Source: Thermoanaerobaculia bacterium (GTDB lineage: Bacteria; Acidobacteriota; Thermoanaerobaculia; Multivoradales; JAGPDF01). Taken from it: a DNA stretch of 64,000 nt. The notes beneath the pieces are model-generated. The model searched no databases. It was given only the letters and a program-made list of their open reading frames with translations, and had not been told where the DNA came from. The stretch covers positions 3,969 through 67,968 of the forward strand of contig JBDTQG010000009.1 of NCBI GenBank assembly GCA_039932315.1. The letters are read 5' to 3'. Both the position numbers and the translations under genes were made by a program. Below, piece after piece: positions 37,696-49,300 of this stretch (positions are counted from its first letter, which is position 1; each line of letters opens with the position of its first letter).

Positions 37696-38766
37696 ATGAG
37701 CTCGAGCCCTTCGATTCGCGAAGTCGCCAGGTTCGCCAAGGTTTCCGTGGCGACGATTTCGCGCGTCCTGAACGGCAAAGGGGCGATTCGCGAATCGACG
37801 CGAACGCATGTCCTCGCGGCGATCGCCGAGCTCGGCTACGTTCCCCACAGTGCGGCGCGATCGCTCTCGACCCGGCGCACACTCAGCCTCGGCGTCGTGC
37901 TGCCGGATCTGCACGGCGAATTCTTCTCGGAGCTCATCCGCGGCATCGATCTCGCCGCCCGACGCACCGGCTACCACATTCTGGTCTCGGGATCCCACAG
38001 CAAGAGCGCGGAGGCGAATGCCGTCCTCGCCGCGCTGCACGGGCGTGTCGACGGGCTGATCGTGATGAGCCCGGTGCAGCAGCCGGCGGACGCGAAGGCA
38101 GCAAAAGCCGCGCGCCCGTCGATTCCGCCGGGAGTGCCGGTCGTGATGCTCAACGCCGCGGACGAGACTTCGCTCCACGATTCGATCCGCATCGACAATC
38201 GCGGCGGAGCTCGCGCGCTCGTCGAGCATCTGCTCTATCTCGGCCATCGCCGCATCGCGATGATCAGCGGACCCGAGGGAAACCTCGACGCGGCGGAGCG
38301 CATGCTCGGCTATCGCGAAGCGCTCGCTGCGCGCGACGTTCCGTTCGTCGAAGAGTGGGTTCTGGCGGGCGATTTTCGCGAGGAGTCCGGATTTCGCGCC
38401 GGTCAGCGCATCCTCGAGCTCGAATCGCGGCCGACTGCGATTTTCGCCGCCAACGATGCGATGGCGATCGGCTGCTTCGCCGCCGTCCGTGAACGCGGCC
38501 TCGAAGTGCCGGGCGACATATCGATCGCCGGCTTCGACGACGTGCCGATGTCGCGCTACCTCTCGCCCGGCCTCACGTCGGTCCGCGTCGCGATCGCCGA
38601 GCTCGGCGCGCGCGCGGTTGAACGTCTTCTCATCGCCGTCGACGCCGTCGGCGAACGTCCGCGACACCACGAAGTGGTCGCCGCCACCCTCGTCCCCCGG
38701 GGCTCCACCGCGCCCCCGGGAGGCCCCACACAGTCCACAGCAACGCCACGGAGGAATTCGAGATGA
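37696..38766 (+). CDS. LacI-family transcriptional regulator
   Basis: HTH IREVARFAKVSVATISRVLNG plus a periplasmic-binding-protein-like sugar-binding core. Confidence 0.9.
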   Translation: MSSSPSIREVARFAKVSVATISRVLNGKGAIRESTRTHVLAAIAELGYVPHSAARSLSTRRTLSLGVVLPDLHGEFFSELIRGIDLAARRTGYHILVSGSHSKSAEANAVLAALHGRVDGLIVMSPVQQPADAKAAKAARPSIPPGVPVVMLNAADETSLHDSIRIDNRGGARALVEHLLYLGHRRIAMISGPEGNLDAAERMLGYREALAARDVPFVEEWVLAGDFREESGFRAGQRILELESRPTAIFAANDAMAIGCFAAVRERGLEVPGDISIAGFDDVPMSRYLSPGLTSVRVAIAELGARAVERLLIAVDAVGERPRHHEVVAATLVPRGSTAPPGGPTQSTATPRRNSR

Positions 38767-41726
38767 AACAGCCGTCGCAGTCGATTCGAACGCTGGGGGC
38801 CCTGGTCGGCCTCCTCGTCGTTGCGCTCTTCGCGCAGCCGATGTTCGCCCAGGGCACCACGAGCTCCGTACGTGGCGTCATCAAGGATGGCAGCGGCCCG
38901 ATCGCCGATGCCCAGATCACCGCCACCGACGTGGCCAACGGTTTTCACCGCACGGTGCAGACCGGAGCCGATGGCGCGTTCTCTCTGCAGGGCCTTGCGC
39001 CCGGCACCTACGAGATCAAGGTTTCTTCCCCGGCCGTCGCGGAGCAGAGCCGCAAGATCCAGCTCCTCGTCGGACAGAACGTCGTTGCCGATTTTCTCGT
39101 ATCGCCTTCCGAGGTCGTCGTCGAGGGCATCACGGTCACGGGAGAAGCGACTGATCTTCTGCTCGACACGCGGAACTCGGAGATCTCGACCAACATCACG
39201 CAGCAGCAGCTCGAGAATCTGCCGCAGAACAGCCGTAACTTCCTCTCCTTCGCGGGTCTTGCTCCGGGAGTTCAGTTCACCCAGGACAACGACGCGGCGG
39301 GTCAGTCCTTCCGCAGCGGTGGCTCGAATCCGAAGCAGATCAACGTGTTCGTCGACGGTCAGTCGTACAAGAACGACCTGATTCAGGGCGGCGCGTTCAT
39401 GCAGGACACCAGCCGCGGCAATCCGTTTCCGCAGGGCGCGGTGCAGGAGTACAAGGTCTTCACGCAGAACTACAAGGCCGAGTACGAGAAGGCCGCGGCC
39501 GCGGTCATCACCGCGGTGACGAAGTCCGGTGGCAACGACTACCACGGTGACGCCTTCTATCTCTTCCAGAACCGTTCGATGGTGAGTCTCGACACGTTCG
39601 CCAAGGAGCGCGGGGACAAGAAGCCCGACTACGAGCGCAATCAGTACGGTCTGACCTTCGGTGGGCCGATCCAGCAGGACAAGCTGCATTTCTTCCTCTC
39701 CTTCGAGCGCAACGACCGCGACGTCTTCTCGTCGGTGACCCGCGGATCGCAGTACAACTCCGCGCCCGCGAACGTCCGCGCGAGGCTCGACACTTTCGAC
39801 ATCGGCACGCTGTCGGCACCGCTCACGTCGAATCTCTACTTCGGCAAGCTCGACTGGCAGCCGACCGAGAGCCAGACGGTCGCGCTCAGCTATTACGGCC
39901 GCGACGAGGACGAGCTGCGCGGCTTCGGCGGCCAGCGGGTGCGGCAGGGAGCGGAAAACTTCAAGAACACCAGCAGCGCGTTCGTCCTGCGCCACCAGTG
40001 GGTCGGCGGCGGCTGGTTCAACGAAGCGAGTGTCACGAAGCAGAAGATGGACTGGAATCCGACCGCAGTCGATTCCTCGTTGCCGCACGAGAACTACGTC
40101 GGCCTCCTCGACATCGGCAGCCGGGACTCGTCGCAGGACGTGGTTCAGGACAAGGTTGCCATCCGGGATGACCTTTCCTATTTCCTCGAATGGCACGGCT
40201 CGCACTCGCTCAAGGGCGGAATCACCGCCAACGCGGTCGACTACGACATCTCGAAGACCAACTTCGCCAATCCGTACTTCGAATACCGGAGCTCGGAAAA
40301 CTGGCAGCATCCGTTCCTCGCCCGCTTCGGATTCGGCGATCCGTCGCTCGACTTCTCGAACGAGCAGTACGGAGCGTACGTCCAGGACGATTGGGCGCTT
40401 CTTCCGAACGTCACCGTCAATCTCGGTTTGCGCTACGACTACGAAACGAACATGCTGAACAACGACTGGGTGACGCCGCCCGACGTTGCGAACGGCCTGC
40501 GCACCTCCTGCCGCAACTACTCGCAGCCGATCGGCGGGCAGACGCAGTGGTGCATCCCGGACATCATCGACGTCAACAACTTCATCACCGACGGCAGCGA
40601 TCGTTCGAGCTACACCGGCATGATCCAGCCGCGCGTCGGCGTCACCTGGGACGTCAAGGGAACCGGCGAGACCGTCGTCTTCGGAGGCTGGGGCAAGTAC
40701 TACGATCGTGTGACCCTGAACGACATCTTCGACGAACAGTTCCGCCATTCCTTCAAGACCTACGAGTTCTGCTTCCAGGACGACGACGGTACGCAGCCGG
40801 ACGGCTGCGGTACGGCGGCGATTCCGTGGAATCCGGCGTATCTTTCTGCGGGTGGGCTCGCCGATCTGATCGCGTCCGGTTCGACTCCAGGACCCGAGCT
40901 CTACCTGCTCGCGAACGACACCCGCCCGCCGTATGCAAACCAGTGGACCGTCGGACTGCGGCAGAAGCTCGGCAACTGGATGGGCAGCCTTTCGTACGCC
41001 AACTCGCGGGGATACAACGGGCTGTCGTGGGGCTTCGGCACGCTGCCTCCGGGAGCTGCGTTCAACGACCGTTTCGGCCTCGAAGTCCAGATCCCCGGCT
41101 ACGGATTCATTCTCCGCAGCTCCGACGTCCGCAGGACCTGGTACGACGGTATCTTCCTGACTCTCGACAAGCCGTTCACGGCGAGCTCGGGCTGGGGCGC
41201 CAACATCGCCTACACCTACGGCAAGGGCTTTCAGAACGGTACCCTCGACGAGGGCACGGCGTTCGGGTTCGACTACGTTTCCGTGGATGACTTCTACAAG
41301 TTCCCGGCGAACGGCGATGAGCGCAATCGTCTGGTGATGAGCGGCACGGTCGCGCTGCCATGGAGCTTCATGGTGTCGTCGATCATCACGCTCGGATCGG
41401 GCACGCCGTATACCTTCACGGACTGCTCGGCCGGGTTCGCGAACTGCGTCACTCATTTCAACGGTGGCCGGCCGGAGAAGAAGGACTTCATCATCCCGAA
41501 TGCGTGGGCTTACCGGAGCGTCGACCTGCGTCTCGAGTGGCAGGCACCGGCGATCTCCGATCGCGTGCGCATCGCGGTGACCGGCGAAGCGTTCAACGTG
41601 TTCGATTTCAACAACTACAGCGGCTTCGACTCCTTCATTCCTCCGGAAGGCAATCCGAATGTCGGCAACCCGACGGTGGCCTTCAACGCCCGTCGCTTCC
41701 AGATCGGCGCACGGGTCTCCTTCTGA
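38763..41726 (+). CDS. TonB-dependent outer-membrane receptor with an N-terminal carboxypeptidase-regulatory-like domain
   Basis: Signal peptide, then a CarboxypepD_reg-like segment (GVIKDGSGPIADAQITATDVANGFHRTVQTGADGAFSLQGLAPGTYEIKV). A plug, a long beta-barrel and a terminal Phe (RFQIGARVSF) follow. ATGA overlap with the lacI-family stop. Confidence 0.85.
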   Translation: MKQPSQSIRTLGALVGLLVVALFAQPMFAQGTTSSVRGVIKDGSGPIADAQITATDVANGFHRTVQTGADGAFSLQGLAPGTYEIKVSSPAVAEQSRKIQLLVGQNVVADFLVSPSEVVVEGITVTGEATDLLLDTRNSEISTNITQQQLENLPQNSRNFLSFAGLAPGVQFTQDNDAAGQSFRSGGSNPKQINVFVDGQSYKNDLIQGGAFMQDTSRGNPFPQGAVQEYKVFTQNYKAEYEKAAAAVITAVTKSGGNDYHGDAFYLFQNRSMVSLDTFAKERGDKKPDYERNQYGLTFGGPIQQDKLHFFLSFERNDRDVFSSVTRGSQYNSAPANVRARLDTFDIGTLSAPLTSNLYFGKLDWQPTESQTVALSYYGRDEDELRGFGGQRVRQGAENFKNTSSAFVLRHQWVGGGWFNEASVTKQKMDWNPTAVDSSLPHENYVGLLDIGSRDSSQDVVQDKVAIRDDLSYFLEWHGSHSLKGGITANAVDYDISKTNFANPYFEYRSSENWQHPFLARFGFGDPSLDFSNEQYGAYVQDDWALLPNVTVNLGLRYDYETNMLNNDWVTPPDVANGLRTSCRNYSQPIGGQTQWCIPDIIDVNNFITDGSDRSSYTGMIQPRVGVTWDVKGTGETVVFGGWGKYYDRVTLNDIFDEQFRHSFKTYEFCFQDDDGTQPDGCGTAAIPWNPAYLSAGGLADLIASGSTPGPELYLLANDTRPPYANQWTVGLRQKLGNWMGSLSYANSRGYNGLSWGFGTLPPGAAFNDRFGLEVQIPGYGFILRSSDVRRTWYDGIFLTLDKPFTASSGWGANIAYTYGKGFQNGTLDEGTAFGFDYVSVDDFYKFPANGDERNRLVMSGTVALPWSFMVSSIITLGSGTPYTFTDCSAGFANCVTHFNGGRPEKKDFIIPNAWAYRSVDLRLEWQAPAISDRVRIAVTGEAFNVFDFNNYSGFDSFIPPEGNPNVGNPTVAFNARRFQIGARVSF

Positions 41727-41730
41727 CGTC

Positions 41731-43257
41731 ATGAAAACGACGGCCGCCGGCGGACAGCAGAGCTTTTCGCCGGCGGTCGGCGTCGTCTTTCTTCTCGGCG
41801 CGCTCGCCTGTGCGCCTTCTTCTCATCTTCCAAAGCAGTCCATTGTCGTCGTTCCCCCGGCGGCTGCTGCATCGCCGGCCGCGCAAGCGCCGAGCTCATC
41901 CCCGGCCTCGGCGTCCGCCGCTGTCGCGGATCGCGACGATCCGTTTCTGGTCGATCTCGAGCGCCGCACCTTCCGCTACTTCTGGGAAACGACCGACCCC
42001 ACGACCGGTCTCGTTCCCGATCGCTGGCCGGCGAAGACGTTCTCGAGCATCGCCGCCATCGGATTCGGACTCACGAGCTACGGCGTCGGCGCCGAACGTG
42101 GCTGGGTCACGCGAGAGGAGGCCGCGGAGCGCGTGGCAGTTACGCTGCGCATCCTCGAGCGCCTGCCTCAGGGCGACAGGGCGACCGGAATGTCCGGGTA
42201 CCACGGGTTCTTCTACCATTTCCTGAGCTTCGAGGACGGTTCGCGCTACCGCGATGTCGAGCTCTCGAGCATCGACACGGCGCTGCTTTTTGCCGGTGTG
42301 CTTTTCGTCCAGGGCTACTTCGATCGCGAGGTTCCGCTCGAGATCGAGATCCGGCATCTCGCCGAGGAGCTCTTCGCCCGCGTCGACTGGACCTGGATGC
42401 AGACGCGTCCGCCCCTCGTCGCCATGGGTTGGTATCCCGAGAAAGGCTTCCATCATCTCGACTGGACGGGCTATTCGGAAGCGATGCTGCTCTACATCCT
42501 GGCGCTCGGTTCGCCGACCCATCCGGTCGAGCCCGAGGCCTGGACGAAGTGGACGAGCACGTACGAGGCCATCGATTTCTACGGTCAGCATTACCTCGAC
42601 TTCGGACCTCTTTTCGGGCATCAATACACGCACGTGTGGGTCGATTTCCGCGGCATCCACGACGCTGCGAACGCGCGGCTCGGCTTCGACTACTTCGAGA
42701 ACTCGCGCCGCGCGACGCTCGCGCAGCAGGCCTGGGCGGCAGCGAATCCGCGCGGCTGGAAGGGGATCGACGCCGCGGTCTGGGGCGTCTCGGCGAGCGA
42801 CGGTCCGGCGGACATCCATCACGAGGTGAATGGCGAAACTCGCGCGTTCTGGAGCTACGCCGGCCGCGGTATCGGTCCGCGCCGCGATGTCGAAGACGGC
42901 ACGATCACTCCGACGGCGGCCGGCGGATCGATGGCCTTCGCGCCCGAGATCGCGCTGCCGGCGCTCGTCGAGATGGCGCGCCGACACGGCGATGAGCTCT
43001 ACACACGATACGGTTTTCTCGACGCCTTCAACCCGACGTTCGACTTTCCCGAGATCGCGGTCCACGACGGACACGTCGTGCCGGGTGCGGGGTGGTACGA
43101 CAGCGACTATCTCGGGATCGATCAGGGTCCGATCCTGCTGATGATCGAGAACTACCGCTCGGGCCTGATCTGGAAAGTGATGCGCGACCATCCAGTCATC
43201 CGCCGTGGACTCACGCGCGCGGGATTCAGCGGCGAATGGCTCGACGAAAAGCACTGA
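41731..43257 (+). CDS. GH144-like (PF10091 'glucoamylase-like') (alpha/alpha)6 glycoside hydrolase, candidate endo-beta-1,2-glucanase
   Basis: ATG 41731, in frame with track ORF 41659..43257. Lipoprotein-like N-terminus (LLGALACAPS). Motifs ERRTFRYFWETTDPTTGLVPDR, IAAIGFGLTSYGVGAERGWVTREEA, YHGFFYHFL, IDTALLFAGVLFVQGYF, GYSEAMLLYILALGSPTH, PLFGHQYTHVWVDFRG and YFENSRRAT. These match my recollection of the GH144 founding family. Confidence 0.6.
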   Translation: MKTTAAGGQQSFSPAVGVVFLLGALACAPSSHLPKQSIVVVPPAAAASPAAQAPSSSPASASAAVADRDDPFLVDLERRTFRYFWETTDPTTGLVPDRWPAKTFSSIAAIGFGLTSYGVGAERGWVTREEAAERVAVTLRILERLPQGDRATGMSGYHGFFYHFLSFEDGSRYRDVELSSIDTALLFAGVLFVQGYFDREVPLEIEIRHLAEELFARVDWTWMQTRPPLVAMGWYPEKGFHHLDWTGYSEAMLLYILALGSPTHPVEPEAWTKWTSTYEAIDFYGQHYLDFGPLFGHQYTHVWVDFRGIHDAANARLGFDYFENSRRATLAQQAWAAANPRGWKGIDAAVWGVSASDGPADIHHEVNGETRAFWSYAGRGIGPRRDVEDGTITPTAAGGSMAFAPEIALPALVEMARRHGDELYTRYGFLDAFNPTFDFPEIAVHDGHVVPGAGWYDSDYLGIDQGPILLMIENYRSGLIWKVMRDHPVIRRGLTRAGFSGEWLDEKH

Positions 43258-44585
43258 AGTCGACGGCGGCGCTTGCCGTCGCGACGATCCTGCAGCTTTC
43301 CTGCAGCGGGCAAGGAAGGGGCGATCCCGCGCTCGTCCGCTTCTGGGCCCTGGGTCGCGAGGGCGAAGTCGTCCGCGAGCTCATTCCGGAATTCGAACGT
43401 CGGAACCCCGGCGTTCACGTCGAGCTGCAACAGATTCCGTGGGTCGCTGCGCACGAGAAGCTGTTGACCGCATTCGTCGGCCATGCGACGCCCGACGTCG
43501 CGCAGATCGGCAACACCTGGATTTCGGAGTTCTCCGCGCTCGGTGCCATTGCGCCGCTCGACGAGGATCTCCGCACCGGACATGAGATCGATCGCGGCGA
43601 TTACTTCCCGGGATCGTGGGATGCGAACATCGTCGACGACGTGACCTGGGGAGTTCCCTGGTACGTCGACACCCGGGTGATCTTCTACCGCACGGATCTC
43701 GTCGCCGAGAGCGGTGCCGCATGGCCGCCGCACACCTGGAGCGAGTGGCGCGAGGCGATGCGGAAGGTGAAGGCGCATGTCGGCAAGGACCGCTTCGCCA
43801 TCCTCCTGCCGATCGACGAATGGGAGAAACCGGTGCTGCTCGGGATGCAGACCGGCGCCGAGCTGCTCTCGGACGGCGGCCGCCACGGAGCTTTCCGCGA
43901 TCCGCGCTTTCGCACCGCGCTCGATTTCTATGCCGGCCTGTTCACCGAAAAGCTCGCTCCTCCGTTGACTTACAGCGGAGTCGCCAATCTCTATCAGCAG
44001 TTCGCGGAAGGCTACTTCGCGATGCTCATCACCGGGCCGTGGAACCTCGGCGAGTTCCGCGACCGGCTTCCGCCCGCGATGCAGGATCGCTGGTCGACGA
44101 CGCCGATGCCGGCACCGGACGGCAGCGGAAGCTATCCCGGCACCTCACTCGCGGGCGGCTCCAGTCTGGTGCTGTTCCGGTCCGGCAGCACCAAGCCAGC
44201 CGCCTGGCGGTTCATCGAGTTTCTCTCTGCGCCGGATCAGCAGGTGCGTTTTCACGAGCTCACCGGAAATCTTCCGGCGCGCCGCAGTGCCTGGGACCGG
44301 ACGAATCTCGCCGATGACCCGCGGAGCGCGGCGTTCCGGCTGCAGCTCTCGGCCCTGCGCCCGCTGCCCAAGGTTCCCGAGTGCGAGCAGATCGCGCTGC
44401 GCGTCGCCGATGCTGCGGAACAGGTCGTGCGCGGCGCGCGGACTCTCGATGGCGCGCTCGAACTGCTCGATCACGATGTCGACCGGATCCTCGGGAAGCG
44501 GCGGTTCATGCTCGATCGGGCGGCCGCCAGGGCCAACGTCAACAGGGGTGCAGCCGGCGCGACGAGCGGCGGGGGAGACCCATGA
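43236..44585 (+). CDS. ABC sugar transporter, extracellular solute-binding protein (family 1)
   Basis: ATG 43236 (MARRKALKSTAALAVATILQLSCSG, lipoprotein-like) overlaps the GH144-like 3' end by 22 nt. The core is typical of an SBP_bac_1 oligosaccharide binder. Confidence 0.8.
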   Translation: MARRKALKSTAALAVATILQLSCSGQGRGDPALVRFWALGREGEVVRELIPEFERRNPGVHVELQQIPWVAAHEKLLTAFVGHATPDVAQIGNTWISEFSALGAIAPLDEDLRTGHEIDRGDYFPGSWDANIVDDVTWGVPWYVDTRVIFYRTDLVAESGAAWPPHTWSEWREAMRKVKAHVGKDRFAILLPIDEWEKPVLLGMQTGAELLSDGGRHGAFRDPRFRTALDFYAGLFTEKLAPPLTYSGVANLYQQFAEGYFAMLITGPWNLGEFRDRLPPAMQDRWSTTPMPAPDGSGSYPGTSLAGGSSLVLFRSGSTKPAAWRFIEFLSAPDQQVRFHELTGNLPARRSAWDRTNLADDPRSAAFRLQLSALRPLPKVPECEQIALRVADAAEQVVRGARTLDGALELLDHDVDRILGKRRFMLDRAAARANVNRGAAGATSGGGDP

Positions 44586-45499
44586 GCACTGCAGCCAGGC
44601 CCGGCCGCGGCACCCGTGCCGAGTCCCGCGCCGGCCTCCTCCTGCTCCTGCCGGCGCTGGCGGCGATCGTGCTATTTTTCGCGGTGCCGGTCCTCGCAGG
44701 ACTGCTGCTGTCCTTCACCGATTTCGATCTCTATGCCGTGGCTGACATCGGCAATGCGCGCTGGATCGGTTTTTCCAACTATCTCAGTCTCCTTCGTGAC
44801 CCGCTCTTCTGGCTGGCGCTGCGCAACACGCTGATCCTCGTCGCGCTCGGCCTGCCGGCGACCATCGCGACCGGGCTCGGGGGTGCGCTGCTCGTGCATT
44901 CGCGACTGGCCCGGTTCCGCGGCCTCTATCGCACCATCTTCTTCGCTCCGGTGGTGAGCGCGCTGGTCGCGGTCGCGATCGTCTGGCGATCCCTCTACCA
45001 CCCGCGCTACGGGCTGCTCGATCATCTCCTCGGAGCCTTCGGTCTGCCGGCGATCGACTGGCTCGGCGATCCGGCCTGGTCGTTGCCGGCAATCGCCCTG
45101 CTTTCCGTCTGGCGAAACTTCGGCTATGTCCTGGTGATCCTCGTCGCCGGCCTCGGTTCGATTCCGGAGAGTCTCTACGAAGCGGCGAAACTCGACGGCG
45201 CCTCGGCCTGGCAGCAGTTCCGTCACGTGACATTGCCCTCGCTCGTGCCGACGCTTCTTTTCTGCGGAGTTCTGACGACGGTCGGCCTCTTCCAGATCTT
45301 CGCCGAGCCCTACGTGATGACGCGCGGCGGACCGCTCAACTCGACGACGACGGTCGCACTCTTCATGTATCAGCAGGGCTTCCGCTGGTGGAGCATGGGT
45401 CGGGCATCGGCGATCGCCTTCGTCCTTTTCGCGCTCGTCCTCGCGGCGTCGTTCGCTCAGGCGGCGCTGCGGCGCGAGAGCAAGCCGGTGAACGAATGA
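44582..45499 (+). CDS. ABC sugar transporter permease (MalF/UgpA-like)
   Basis: ATGA overlap with the SBP stop. EAA loop ESLYEAAKLDGASAWQQFRHVTLPSL and six TM segments. Confidence 0.85.
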   Translation: MSTAARPGRGTRAESRAGLLLLLPALAAIVLFFAVPVLAGLLLSFTDFDLYAVADIGNARWIGFSNYLSLLRDPLFWLALRNTLILVALGLPATIATGLGGALLVHSRLARFRGLYRTIFFAPVVSALVAVAIVWRSLYHPRYGLLDHLLGAFGLPAIDWLGDPAWSLPAIALLSVWRNFGYVLVILVAGLGSIPESLYEAAKLDGASAWQQFRHVTLPSLVPTLLFCGVLTTVGLFQIFAEPYVMTRGGPLNSTTTVALFMYQQGFRWWSMGRASAIAFVLFALVLAASFAQAALRRESKPVNE

Positions 45500-46317
45500 G
45501 CCGCCGATCGAGCACCATCTGGGTGAACGCCGCCCTGGTCGCCGCGGCGCTGCTCGCGCTGCTGCCGCTGCTGTGGATGCTCGCCGCTTCGTTCATGCCC
45601 ACCGGCCAGGCCAACAGCCTGCCGCTGCGACTCGTGCCGTCACCGCCGACGCTGGATCACTATCGCGACCTCTTCTCGCGGCTCAATCTCGGTCGCGCAT
45701 TCTTCAACTCGCTGATCCTCTCGCTTTCGATCACGGCGATTTCGCTGGTCTGCAACTCGATGGCCGGCTACGCTTTCGCGAAGCTTCGTTTCCGTGGCCG
45801 CGACCGGTTGTTCGCGATCCTGCTCGCGACGCTCGTGGTGCCGCCACAGGTCGGTGTGCTGCCGCTTTTCCTCGAGGTGCGGGCTCTCGGGCTGGTGAAC
45901 TCGTTCGGCGGCGTGATCGTCGCAGCGATCGCGACGATCTTCGGCATCTTCCTCGTTCGCCAGCTCGCGCTGTCGATACCCGACGAGCTCCTGGACGCCG
46001 CCCGCGTCGATGGTGCGTCGGAGTGGCGGATCTACTGGACGGTCGTCATTCCGCTCCTGCGGCCGATTCTGGTCACGCTCGGTGTGTTCACATTTCTTTC
46101 CGCCTGGAACGACTTCATGTGGCCGCTGATCGTTCTCACGGACGAATCGAAGCACACCTTGCCGGTCGCTCTCGCGAACCTTGCCGGTGAACACGTGCAG
46201 GATACCGAGCTGATGATGGCCGGAGCCGTCGTGACGCTTCTGCCGGGCCTTCTCCTCTTTCTCGCACTGCAGAAGCACTATCTGCGGGGGATTCTCGCCG
46301 GGAGCGTCAAGGAGTGA
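45496..46317 (+). CDS. ABC sugar transporter permease (MalG/UgpE-like)
   Basis: ATGA overlap with the previous permease. EAA loop DELLDAARVDGASEWRIYWTVVIPLL. Confidence 0.85.
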   Translation: MSRRSSTIWVNAALVAAALLALLPLLWMLAASFMPTGQANSLPLRLVPSPPTLDHYRDLFSRLNLGRAFFNSLILSLSITAISLVCNSMAGYAFAKLRFRGRDRLFAILLATLVVPPQVGVLPLFLEVRALGLVNSFGGVIVAAIATIFGIFLVRQLALSIPDELLDAARVDGASEWRIYWTVVIPLLRPILVTLGVFTFLSAWNDFMWPLIVLTDESKHTLPVALANLAGEHVQDTELMMAGAVVTLLPGLLLFLALQKHYLRGILAGSVKE

Positions 46318-49300
46318 TTGGCCGCTTCGCTGTGCGGAGGCTCCTCGGCGCGCTGACCGGTCTCGCGCTGTTCGCGACCGGAATCCATGCAGCGGAGGCG
46401 AGCGCTTCTGCAGCGGGAGATTCTCGAACCTCCGGCCTGCTCGACGCTCCGGCTTGGATCTCCGCGCCATCCGACGGCGTCGAGCTCGCCATCGTTCCGG
46501 CAATCGACGACCGCGGGCAGCCGGCGCTCCGGCTCGATTACGACTTTCACGGCCATGCCGGATGGGCGGCAGCGCGGCGACCGCTGCGCTTCGTGCTGCC
46601 CCCGAACTACGAGATCGCGTTTCGATTCCGTTTCGAAGGGGCGACGAATCACCTCGAAGTCAAACTCATCGACGCCGGTGGCGAGAACGTCTGGTGGAAC
46701 GTCCGCCGCGACGTCGAACCGACGCCCGCTTTCGCCGCGCGGCGGATCGCAAGAAGCGCCCTGTCGTTCGCCTGGGGCCCGTCTTCGGCTCCACTGGTCG
46801 AGATTTCGGCGATCGAGCTCGCCATCACCGCTTCGCAGGGCGGAAGGGGCTCGCTCTGGCTCTCGGACTTCGAGCTCCGGGAGCGCCCGCCGGTGGCGCC
46901 CTACGCCGGCACTCCGACGGCCCGCGCCAGCTCGGAGACGCCCGGAAACGCCGCCAGCCGGGCGATCGACGGTGCGCCCTCGACCGCCTGGCGGACCGAC
47001 GAGCCGCGCGCGACGCTCATCGTCGATTTCGGCCGCAGCCGCGAGCTCGGTGGACTGACGCTCCACTGGCTCCTGCCTCCGGCGGCGCTCTCGGTCGAGC
47101 TCTCGGACGACGGTCTGACGTTTCACGAAGCGGGAGAAGAGGCGAGCGCTCCGCGGGCCGGAGCGCTTCGCAATGACCTGCGGATGCCGGACACCGAAAC
47201 GCGCTTCCTGCGTCTGACCGTCTCGCGCGCTTCGGGAGTCGCCGGAATCGCGCTCGCCGAGCTCGATGTGCGCCCGCTCGATTTCGGCGCGACGGCAAAC
47301 GACTTCGTGCGCCGGATCGCCGCGGAGAGTCCGCGCGGCAGCTATCCGCGGGCGTTCACCGAAGGATCCCTGTGGACGGTCGTAGGGGTCGATGGCGCCG
47401 CTGGCGACGACGAAGAGGCTCTGGTTTCGGAGGATGGAGTCGTCGAGGCCGGAGAACGGTCGTTTTCTCTCGAGCCGTTTTTCGACGACGGCCGAAGTCT
47501 GCAGGGCTGGAACGAGAGTGCGGAGAAACGCTCGCTCCTCGACGGCGACCTGCCGGTGCCCACGATCGTGCGCTCGATCGCCGGTGGCGAGCTCGCGATC
47601 ACCGCACTGGCGAGCGGCGACGTGGGCCGGTCCCGCACGCTCGTCCGCTATCTCCTCACCGCTTCCCCGGAGCGCCCGCTGCGCGGTCGCCTCATTCTCG
47701 CGATCCGGCCGTTCCAGGTCGATCCGCCGCAGCAATTTCTGAACGTCGCGGGCGGCGTCTCGCCCATCCGGTCAGTCGTCTGTCCGACCGCTGCGAATGC
47801 GGCGCTGATTCTCGACGGGAAGCGGCGCCTGCGCACCTTTCCGCCGGCGGATGACTGCACTGTGGCCGCTTTCGCCGAGCCTGGGATCGTCGAACACTGG
47901 CATCGCGGGGGGACGAAACCGGGGACACCGTTCTCCGCAGCTCCTTCTTCTCTCGCGGTAGAAGACCCGCAGGGACTCGCTTCAGGAGCCCTGGAGTGGA
48001 CGATCGATCTCGCTCCCGGCGGGCGGCGGGAGATCGTGGTGGCGCTGCCGTTCGCCGCCCGGAGCGCGGAGAACGGCGCTCTGGATCCGCCGGACTTCGA
48101 CGCGGCGATGGCGCAGGAACGGGAGCGTTGGCGCGGGCGTCTGGATCGCGTCCGGCTGTTGTTGCCGAAATCGGAGGAGGAGCTCGGGCGAGCGGCCCGA
48201 AGCTCACTCGCCTACATTCTCGTCCACCGCGACGGTCTGGCGATCCAGCCCGGCTCGCGCGCCTACGCGCGCTCGTGGATCCGCGATGGCGCGCTCACCG
48301 GAACGGCACTGCTCCGGGCGGGACTTGCCGACGTGGCCGAGGGTTTCGCCGAGTGGTTCTCTGCCCATCAGTTCGACGACGGCAAGGTTCCCTGTTGCGT
48401 CGATCGACGCGGCGCGGATCCCGTGCCGGAGAACGACAGTCACGGCGAGCTCATTCATCTCATCGCCGAGGTCTATCGCACGACCGGAGATCGCGCCTTT
48501 GCCGAGCGTCAGTTTCCGCACGTCGAACGCGCGGTGGACTACCTCGAGCGACTTCGACAGACCCGCCGCACGGCACTCTTCACTCGACCGGAAAAGCAGG
48601 CCTTCTTCGGGCTGCTGCCGGAGTCGATCAGTCACGAGGGCTACTCGGCGAAGGCGATGCATTCGTACTGGGACGACATCTGGGCGGACGTGGGATTCTC
48701 GGATGCCGCCGAGCTTGCGGCCGGGCTCGATCGACCGGAGCTCGCTCAACAGTGGCGCGCCCAGGGCGCGGAATTTCGCGCCGATCTGCTGGCATCGATC
48801 GCGCGGGTACGCGCCGCACACTCGATCGACTACATCCCGGGCTGCGCGGAGCTCGCCGATTTCGACGCCACCTCGACGACGATCGCGCTCGACCCGGGAC
48901 GACTCGAGTCGTTGCTTCCGCGCGCGGCGCTCGAAGCGACATTCGAACGCTACTGGCGAGAGCTCTCGGGCCGGCGATCCGGGGCGGCCGACTGGAGTGG
49001 CTTCACACCGTACGAGATGCGTCAGATCGGCGCCTTCGTGCGACTCGGCTGGCGGGATCGGGCCGCGGACCTGGTCGACTATTTCCTCACCGTGCGCCAG
49101 CCGCCGGAGTGGAATCAGTGGCCGGAGGTCGTGCGGCGGGACATGCGATCGATGGAGTTCCTGGGCGATCTGCCGCACGGCTGGGTGGCGTCCGATTTTC
49201 TACGCTCGCTGTTCGATCTTTTCGCCTACGAGAGGCGGAGCGATCGCACGCTGGTCGTCGCCGCCGGCATACCCTCTCGCTGGCTCGCGAGTGGCGAAAG

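Noticed and set aside
38556-41732. 1058-aa ORF antisense to the TonB-dependent receptor gene
   Set aside because: The product is Arg/Ala/Val/Asp-rich with no motifs. It exactly shadows a plus-strand gene with clear family signatures. This is a typical stop-poor antisense frame in very GC-rich DNA.
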